A DNA stretch of 64,000 nucleotides from Vicinamibacteria bacterium (lineage in GTDB: Bacteria > Acidobacteriota > Vicinamibacteria > Marinacidobacterales > Marinacidobacteraceae), in assembly GCA_964291235.2 (NCBI GenBank), contig OZ219816.1, forward strand, positions 224,001-288,000, in the 5' to 3' direction. A program made the position numbers and the translations under genes. The notes under the pieces are model-generated. The model was given only the letters and a program-made list of their open reading frames with translations. It was not told the origin of the DNA and did not search any database. Within the stretch, counting starts at the first letter, position 1, and each line of letters opens with the position of its first letter. Positions 57,175-64,000 of this stretch are shown here, one piece after another.

Positions 57175-58720
57175 TCACGGGGGTTGCACCACAGGCGGTT
57201 GCGCCGCCATCCCGGAACGGCGCGACTCGAGGAGCGACCGCCCCCCGACGTACAGATAGCCCGCGGCGAAGAGAAGCAGGAAGGGCGCCGAGGCGGCGAC
57301 CCCTTCGACCACCGCGTAGAGCGTGGCGCCGGCCATCACCAGTCCCAGGCCGAACTCGAGCGCCGGGATCGCGCCCGCGGGCATCCGGTAGCTCTTCCGC
57401 CGCCAGCTCTGACCCGTTCCCGCAATGCCGTACTTCGGCGTGCGGACGAACGGGGTCCGCCGGCCGGTCACGCCGGCAAGCACGGCGGAGGCGTTGCTGA
57501 ACGAGATGCCGATCCCCACGGCGAGGGCGACCGGAATACCCCGGATCCGGCGCCAGAGACCGCGGCGTTCCGCCGCCGGCTGGAGCCGGAGCAACCGGTT
57601 TTGGGAGAAGGCGTAGAAGGTCACGACGGAGAGGGTGGCGGCGGCGAAGATCGGAATGTCGAGGAGCGCCATCTCCCGAAGCCCGGTGCTCACCCGGGCG
57701 AAGAGCACCGGCGCCATGAGCAGGCTCAGCATCTGCCATCAGCGGGTACGCAAGGTTGCTCGTGAGGTGGAAGAAGGCTTCGGCCCGGACCCGGAAGGGC
57801 AGCGGGGAGGCGAGGATCTGGGGCAGCAGTTTCCGGGCGGTCTGGAGCGATCCCTGGGCCCAGCGGCGTTGCTGCGACTTGAAGGCGTTCATGGAGACCG
57901 GCAGCTCGGCCGGGGCCGCGATCTCGGGCACGAACACGAAACGCCATCCCCGCAGTTGGGCGCGGTAGGAGAGATCGAGGTCCTCGGTCAGCGTGTCGCC
58001 CTCCCAGCCCCCGGCATCCTCGATCGCCGCGCGCCGCCAGATTCCGGCGGTCCCGTTGAAGTTGAAGAAACACCCCGAGACGTGGCGACCGCCGTGCTCG
58101 GCAACGAAGTGGCCATCGAGAAGAATGGCCTGGACATCGGTCAGGAGCGAATAGTCGCGGTTCAGATGCTCCCAGCGCGCCTGGACGAGGCCGGTCCGTT
58201 CGTCGCCGAGCAGATACGGCAGGGCTTCCCGCAAGAACCCGGGGCGCGGCACGAAGTCCGCGTCGAAGATCGCGACGAAGGGCGCATCGGAGGCGTCGAG
58301 CCCGACCTGGAGCGCGCCGGCCTTGAAACCCCGGCGGTCGGTTCGGTGGATACGACGAATATCGAGCCCGGCAGCCGCACATTCCTCCACCACCCGGTCG
58401 GCGATCCGGCCGGTGTCGTCCGTTGAATCGTCGAGCACCTGCACGCTGAGCCGCGACCGCGGATAGTCGAGCGCCGCCACCGCGCGGATCAGGCGCTCCA
58501 CCACGTACCGCTCGTTGAACACCGGCAACTGGACGAGCACCCGCGGCGGATCGCGATCGAGCCGGGGAGCCCCCCGAACCCGCAGCCGCTCCGCGGCCGC
58601 CGCTGCCCGGACGGCGTAGCGCCTCAGCCTATAGATCAGCAGGTACCGATGGGAGCCGTAGATCGAAAGGAGCAGCAGGACGACGAAATAGGTCGTCAGG
58701 ATGATGTCGGCGAAGGGCAA
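57175..58720 (-). CDS. Family 2 glycosyltransferase (cellulose-synthase-like), apparent frameshift near 57733
   Basis: QLPVFNE, DDSTD, KAG, FDADF, TED, QQRRW. TM C-terminus continues in ORF 57175-57732. Confidence 0.88.
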
Positions 58721-58987
58721 GGACGTGCATTGTGACTCCGCGCGCCGCAGCGGCGGGACGTTTCGTCACGGCGCGGACGGTTCGTACACACTCCCCGCCC
58801 CGTGAACACCCGACGGCTCGCCCGCCCGGCACGAACGCAAACGCCGGTCTCTGACCGGGAGGCCGGCGCGCAGGCATGGGAGCCCCCACCGGGAGAACTG
58901 GGCCGGCCTCCGGGCCGGCACCGCGGCCCGCAGGGCCGCGGGCGGTTCCCTCTGGGGAGCGCGGGCGGTTCGTCACCGATCGCCTTG

Positions 58988-59204
58988 TGGGGATCTCCGC
59001 CGAGAGGGGAACCACCTCGATACGGGGAGACCGCCCCGCCGCCCCGCTTCGCGGGGCTGTGCCGGCCTGGAGGCCGGCGTTCCCTTGCCCTTGCGACACC
59101 AAGGCTCCTGGGGTCCCCTCCGAGAGGGGAACCATCTCGACACGGGGAGACCGTCCCGCCGCCCCGCGTCGCGGGGCTGTGCCGGCCTGGAGGCCGGCGT
59201 TCCC
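58988..59204. repeat. Tandem composite REP-like repeat (period 120 bp); another copy at ~20995-21091
   Basis: CCGCCGCCCCGC.TCGCGGGGCTGTGCCGGCCTGGAGGCCGGCGTTCCC shared. Confidence 0.85.
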
Positions 59205-59217
59205 TGACCCCAGCGCC

Positions 59218-60585
59218 GTGAACACCCGATGGCTCGCCGCGCTCGGCGGGGTCCATGTCCTGCTGGGCGGCGTCCTGGGCGCGGTGTTCCAGCGGGAACT
59301 GGGGTTTTGGTGGCACGCCGGGACCCACGCGGCGCTCCTCGCCCCGTTGCTCCTCGTCGGGCTGCCCCTCGTCCGGGGGCGGAACCTCGGAATTTCTCCC
59401 CGCCGGGTGCTGCAGCTCGTGCTCGTGGCGGGACTCGCCAGCCGGGCCCTCCTCGTCGGCGTGCCCCCCTCCCCGCAGGCCGACATCCACCGGATGATCT
59501 GGGAGGGGCGGGTTCCCTCCGTGGGGGGGGACCCCTATCGCCACGCGCCCGACGCCCCCGAGCTCGCCGAACTCGCCGCCGCGCTCCCCGAGATCCGCGC
59601 CGGAGTGAACTACTGGAAGCTGCCGGCGATCTACCCGCCCGCGGCGCAGCTGTTCTTCCGGGCGACGACGGCGATCTCCGTCCACCCGACGGCGATGAAG
59701 ACGGCGCTGGTGCTCGTGGAGGGACTGCTCATCCTGGCGCTCATCCAGTTGCTGCGCCGCCGCCGTCTGCACCCCGGGCTCGTGGTGCTCTACGTCTGGA
59801 ACCCGCTGCCGCTGACCGAGATCGCGGGCGCCGGCCACAGCGACGCCCTCGGCCTGGCCTTCCTCGGGCTCGGGATCCTGGCCGCCGAGTCCCTTCGTCC
59901 GGCAGCGGCCTCGGGTCTCGCGGCCCTCTCGGCGCTCTCCAAGTTCGCCGGCGGGGTGCTCCTTCCCTTCCTCCTGTTCCCTCGGCGCCGGGAGGACCGC
60001 AAGCCCCTGCGCGTGCTGCTCGCCGCCGCCGGCGCCACGGCGCTGGTCGCCGGCCCCTGGCTGCGGCCCGGACTCCTGGACCAGGGGCTCCTGGCGCGGC
60101 TTGGGGAAATGACCGAAAGCCTCTGGCTCTACGCCCGCCACTGGCGCTACAACGAGTCCGGCTTCCTGGCGATCGAGGCGATCCTCGGCGAGTCCGGCCG
60201 GATCGCCGTGCTCGCTCTGCTACTCGGGCTCCTCCTCGCCTTCCTCTACCGCCGGGTGGAACCGGCGCTCGCGGTGCCGCTTCTCGCCGGGACGCTGTTC
60301 CTGCTCTCCCCGGTGGCCCACCCCTGGTATTTCCTCTGGGCGCTCCCCTTCATGGTCCTGCACCCGGAGCGCCGGGTGTTGCTCAGCGCAACCCTGGTTC
60401 TCTCCGGGACCCTGGTGCTCGCCTACTGGGGGCCCTGGCACACGCCGCTCGGCGAGCCCTGGCACCTTCCCTGGCCCATCCGCCTCGCGGAATACCTGCC
60501 CGTGGCCCTGATCCTGGGCGCCGGCGGAGCCGTCACCCTCGTTCGTCGCTTCGGCAACCCGCCGGGTCGCGGGCGCGCCGGCTGA
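59218..60585 (+). CDS. GT87/DUF2029-like polytopic glycosyltransferase
   Basis: D..R.IWEGRV, IYPP, WNPL...E.AGAGHSD, HPWY. Confidence 0.85.
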   Translation: MNTRWLAALGGVHVLLGGVLGAVFQRELGFWWHAGTHAALLAPLLLVGLPLVRGRNLGISPRRVLQLVLVAGLASRALLVGVPPSPQADIHRMIWEGRVPSVGGDPYRHAPDAPELAELAAALPEIRAGVNYWKLPAIYPPAAQLFFRATTAISVHPTAMKTALVLVEGLLILALIQLLRRRRLHPGLVVLYVWNPLPLTEIAGAGHSDALGLAFLGLGILAAESLRPAAASGLAALSALSKFAGGVLLPFLLFPRRREDRKPLRVLLAAAGATALVAGPWLRPGLLDQGLLARLGEMTESLWLYARHWRYNESGFLAIEAILGESGRIAVLALLLGLLLAFLYRRVEPALAVPLLAGTLFLLSPVAHPWYFLWALPFMVLHPERRVLLSATLVLSGTLVLAYWGPWHTPLGEPWHLPWPIRLAEYLPVALILGAGGAVTLVRRFGNPPGRGRAG

Positions 60586-60603
60586 ACGGCCGGCGCGGAC
60601 GGC

Positions 60604-61398
60604 TCATTCCGGACCGGAACCGGACTCCAGGCGGCGGAAATGCGCCACCGCGAGCGCCGCGGCGTAGCCGCCGCCGAAGCCGTTGTCGATGTTGACCACG
60701 GTGACTCCCGGCGCACAACTGTTGAGCAGCGAGAGCAGCGCCGTGAGGCCGCCCCACGAAGCGCCGTATCCCGTGGACGTCGGCACCGCCACGATCGGGC
60801 ACGGCGCGAGGCCGGCCACCACGGGCGCAAGCGCCGCCTCCATCCCGGCGACGACCACCATGGCGTGCAGCGAACGGAAGGACGACGCCTCGGTGAGGAG
60901 GCGCTGGATGCCGGCGACCCCAATGTCGAAGATCCGCCGGACGTCGGCGCCCAGGAGTTCGGCGGTGAGGGCCGCTTCCTCGGCAACCGGGATGTCCGAC
61001 GTCCCCGCCGAGACCACCCCGATGCGGGCGCCCGTCGGCTCCGGCGCAGTGCGGGAGACGACCACGGCTCGGGCTTCGGCATGCCAGGCCGCATCCGGGA
61101 ACTCCGCGACAACGGCCCGCGCGGTCTCGGGCGCCGCCCGGGTGACGAGAGTCTGTCCGGCGGTGGCCGAAAGCGCCCCCACGATCGCGACCACCTGCTC
61201 CGCGGTCTTACCCTCGGCAAGCACCACCTCGGGAAAACCGCGGCGGAGTTCGCGGTGATGGTCCAGGCGCGCGAAGGGCGTCTTCCCCTCTTCACCGACC
61301 GCTTCAAACGGAAAGCGCAGGCGCCGCTCCGCTTCTTTCGGCGCCACCTCGCCGGCGGCGACGCCCTCCAGGAGAAGGCGGAGGGATTCGTCGTTCAT
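60604..61398 (-). CDS. larB: Nickel-pincer cofactor biosynthesis protein LarB
   Basis: DHHRELRRGFPEV, AGTSDIPVAEEA, VPTSTGYG, VVNIDNGFG. Confidence 0.93.
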   Translation of the reverse strand: MNDESLRLLLEGVAAGEVAPKEAERRLRFPFEAVGEEGKTPFARLDHHRELRRGFPEVVLAEGKTAEQVVAIVGALSATAGQTLVTRAAPETARAVVAEFPDAAWHAEARAVVVSRTAPEPTGARIGVVSAGTSDIPVAEEAALTAELLGADVRRIFDIGVAGIQRLLTEASSFRSLHAMVVVAGMEAALAPVVAGLAPCPIVAVPTSTGYGASWGGLTALLSLLNSCAPGVTVVNIDNGFGGGYAAALAVAHFRRLESGSGPE

Positions 61399-61433
61399 CG
61401 GCCGGGGAGTGTGGCACGCTTGCGCCAGATCCG

Positions 61434-63232
61434 ATGGCGGGGCGAGAGGAATTCCGGGAACAGGTTCGGGAATCGAACGACATCGTCGAAGTGGTCGGCG
61501 AGGCGGTCGCCCTCCGTCCGGCGGGACCGGGGCGCTACACCGGGCTGTGCCCCTTCCACAACGAGACCGCTCCCTCCTTCCAGGTCAACGCGGAACTTGG
61601 GTTCTTCCACTGCTTCGGCTGCAAGGAGAGCGGCGACGTCTTCGGCTTCCTGATGAAACGCGAGGGTCTGTCGTTTCCTGAAGCCCTCAACCAACTGGCG
61701 CGGCGGGCCGGAATCCCGATTCCCGAGACGGATCCGAAGACGTTCTCCCGCGACGAAAAGCTCCGGGATGCCAACCGGAAGGCGCTCGACTACTACCAGC
61801 GCCTGCTGCGTGGCGAGGCCGGCCACCCGGCGCGCGCCTATCTGAAAAAGCGCGGCCTCACCCAGAGCACGATCGCCGAGTACGGCCTGGGTTTCGCCCC
61901 GAACCGCTGGGACGACCTCACCACCACCCTCGAGAAAGGCGGAATCACCCGGGCGGTCCTCCTCGAAGCCGGCCTGACCCGCGAAGCTCCCCGCGGCGGC
62001 CACCGGGACTTCTTCCGGAATCGCCTCATCGTTCCCATCTTCGACAGCCAGGGACGCGCCGCCGGCTTCGCGGGCCGGAGCCTCGACGGATCGGAGCCGA
62101 AGTACATCAACAGCCCCGACACCCCCGTGTATCGGAAGCGCTCGGTGCTCTACGGGCTCCACCTCGCGCGGAGCGCCATCCGGCGCGAGCGCACCGCGAT
62201 CCTCTTCGAGGGGTACTTCGACTGCCTGTCCGCCTGGCAGGCGGGGGTCGCCGGCGCGGTAGCGGTGTGCGGCACCGCGCTCACCCCGGACCACGCGAAG
62301 CTCCTGTCGTCGCAGACCCGCGACATCGTGCTCGCCTTCGACGCCGATGCCGGGGGCAGGCGCGCGACGCTGGCGAGCATCCCGATCCTGCTCGAGGCGC
62401 AGCTCCGGGTACGGGTCGCCCCGCTTTCCGGTGGACGGGACCCGGACGACGTGATTCGCGAGGAAGGCGCCGCCAATTTCCGGGAAATGATCCGCAAGGC
62501 GCCGGCGTTCGTGGAGTTCCTCGTCCAGGAGGCGCTGAGCGAGCCCGGTCGGGGGGTGGGCGCGCCGCCGCGGCGCGGGAGGTCCTCGAGATCATCGCCC
62601 GGGCGCCCAGCCCCCTGGACCGCGAGGAATGGCTCGGCGAGGCGGCCGGGCCGCTCGGCTTCCCGCTCGAAAGCGCGCGCGAAGAAATGGCGCGGCTCCG
62701 AAGCCGGTCGCCCCGGGGGAAACCCCGCGGCGGGACCACCGGGTCGCCCGAGAAACCCGTCGCGTCCCCGGCCGCACCCGCGCGGTCACCCACGCCCGCG
62801 GAACGGGACCTGATCCGCTGGGCCGATGCCAAACCCGACGTGGTGGCGGACCTCCTCCGGAAGGTGGAAACCGGCGATCTGGAGGGTTTCGCGAGCTCGT
62901 CCATCCTCCTGGATCTGAGGCAGGCGGCGGACGGAGGCGGCCCCCGGATCGCGGACCGGCTCCGGGAGCTGGCCGCCGAGACTTCAGACCGGCAGCGGCT
63001 GCTGATCGAAATCCAGATGGACCGGGTGGGCCTGAACACGGCGGGGCAAAGTCCCGGAGACTGCCTCGACGCCCTGCGCATCTCGAAGCTCCGACAGCGG
63101 CAGGCGCGGCTCCAGGCCGCCGCCCGGAGCGAAGGGGAGGAAGCGCTTCAGGCCCTTTCGGAGCTGCAGCGGATCAGCGAGGAGATCAATCGGTTGGTGG
63201 AGGGCGCGCCCGAGTCCGAGCGGGGGGTCTGA
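61434..63232 (+). CDS. dnaG: DNA primase (apparent frameshift in G-run near 62555)
   Basis: CPFH...CFGC zinc finger, KYINSPDT, EGYFD, FDAD.GG, DPD. C-terminus lies in ORF ending 63232. Confidence 0.95.
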
Positions 63233-63610
63233 CCCATTCCATCGGGCTGGCGGGGTTTGCCGGCGGGAGCGCGCTCCTTCCGCATGCTAGAGTGCCGGAT
63301 TGCTGTTTGGCGTCGCCCGGCCGGCAATTTGCGCGGGGTGAGACGCCGGATCGATTCGAACTTGCCCGTCCTTGCTGTCCGTTCCCGCGGGGAATTCCCT
63401 TTCCGAAGAGTTTGTGGGAACTCTGTGCTCGCGGGCGCCGTGCACCGAATGAGAATGCCGGCGACCCCCAATTCGCCGGCTATCTACATCGCCCGTGCGG
63501 AGTCGGGACTTTCGAAACCGACTCCCGTCCTCGCTGGACGACCGGCCAAGGCCCCCGTGACGGGAAGCTGCTGAGGATCGGGTCAAGAGGACTTGCCCGG
63601 AGGATCAACC

Positions 63611-64000
63611 ATGGAACATGCGGAAACCCCCGGGTACGACCTGGAGTTGCTCCGTGATTTCGGAGTCGAAGCCCAGTCGAACGAGGTCAAGGCGCTCGTC
63701 GCGCTTGGAAAAGACCGCGGCTACCTGCTGAACGAAGAGGTCCAGGAAGCCTGGGGCGACGATCCGCCCGAGGAGTTTCTGGAGAGCCTCACGGAAATGG
63801 GCATTCCGCTCTTCGAGTCCGAGGAGCAGTACGAAAAGTCCCGGGACACGGAAGGCGCCACCCTCGACCTGACGCCGAGCGCCATCGAGCGCACGAACGA
63901 CCCGGTGCGGATGTACCTCCGCGAGATGGGCGTCGTTCCCCTGCTCGACCGGGAGGGGGAAGTCCGGATCTCCAAACGCATCGAGCGCGGCAAGAACCGC
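63611..64000 (+). CDS. rpoD: RNA polymerase sigma factor RpoD (5' part, truncated by window)
   Basis: Hand translation: GKDRGYL...TNDPVRMYLREMGVVPLLDREGEVRISKRIERG; follows dnaG. Confidence 0.95.
   Translation, partial: MEHAETPGYDLELLRDFGVEAQSNEVKALVALGKDRGYLLNEEVQEAWGDDPPEEFLESLTEMGIPLFESEEQYEKSRDTEGATLDLTPSAIERTNDPVRMYLREMGVVPLLDREGEVRISKRIERGKNR

Noticed and set aside
60604-61398. Isolated larB as a new pathway
   Set aside because: lar genes are often dispersed, and the partners may lie outside the window.
34719-63232. Frameshifts in the second S9 peptidase, GT2 and dnaG as programmed frameshifting or phase variation
   Set aside because: They are single-base indels, several in G-runs, and one hits essential dnaG. 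Sequencing or assembly error is the simplest explanation.

Overview
High-GC bacterial chromosome. The RpoD N-terminus, GspF/GspG cluster, CRTAC1, DUF3500 and DUF4143 content suggest Acidobacteriota, possibly host- or sponge-associated (inference only). Core genes (smpB, type II secretion/pilin cluster, larB, dnaG, rpoD, many secreted hydrolases) are interleaved with accessory cargo. The largest cargo is a ~12-kb island (6569-18860) with a P4-like tyrosine integrase, an HU-like protein, a ColE1-type oriT/mbeCABD module, an EcoRII-like R-M system with Vsr, and two IS66-ended mini-elements. Other features are two AAA/DUF4143 ATPase-nucleases plus a remnant, a hicBA pair, four tandem Ig-like/LVIVD propeller paralogues, three coiled-coil tandem-repeat genes and several palindromic repeat families. 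Two observations stand out. (1) Cargo blocks repeatedly sit downstream of an intact resident gene and are closed by a diverged, in-frame copy of that gene's 3' region (amidohydrolase, S9 peptidase twice, LVIVD gene), suggesting a general gene-end-replacement route of gene acquisition. (2) A three-domain DNA-reader/nuclease/nitrilase fusion (50082-52385) is a candidate defence enzyme against modified DNA. Several frameshifts, including one in essential dnaG, are probably sequencing indels. All identities were hand-counted and no database searches were run.
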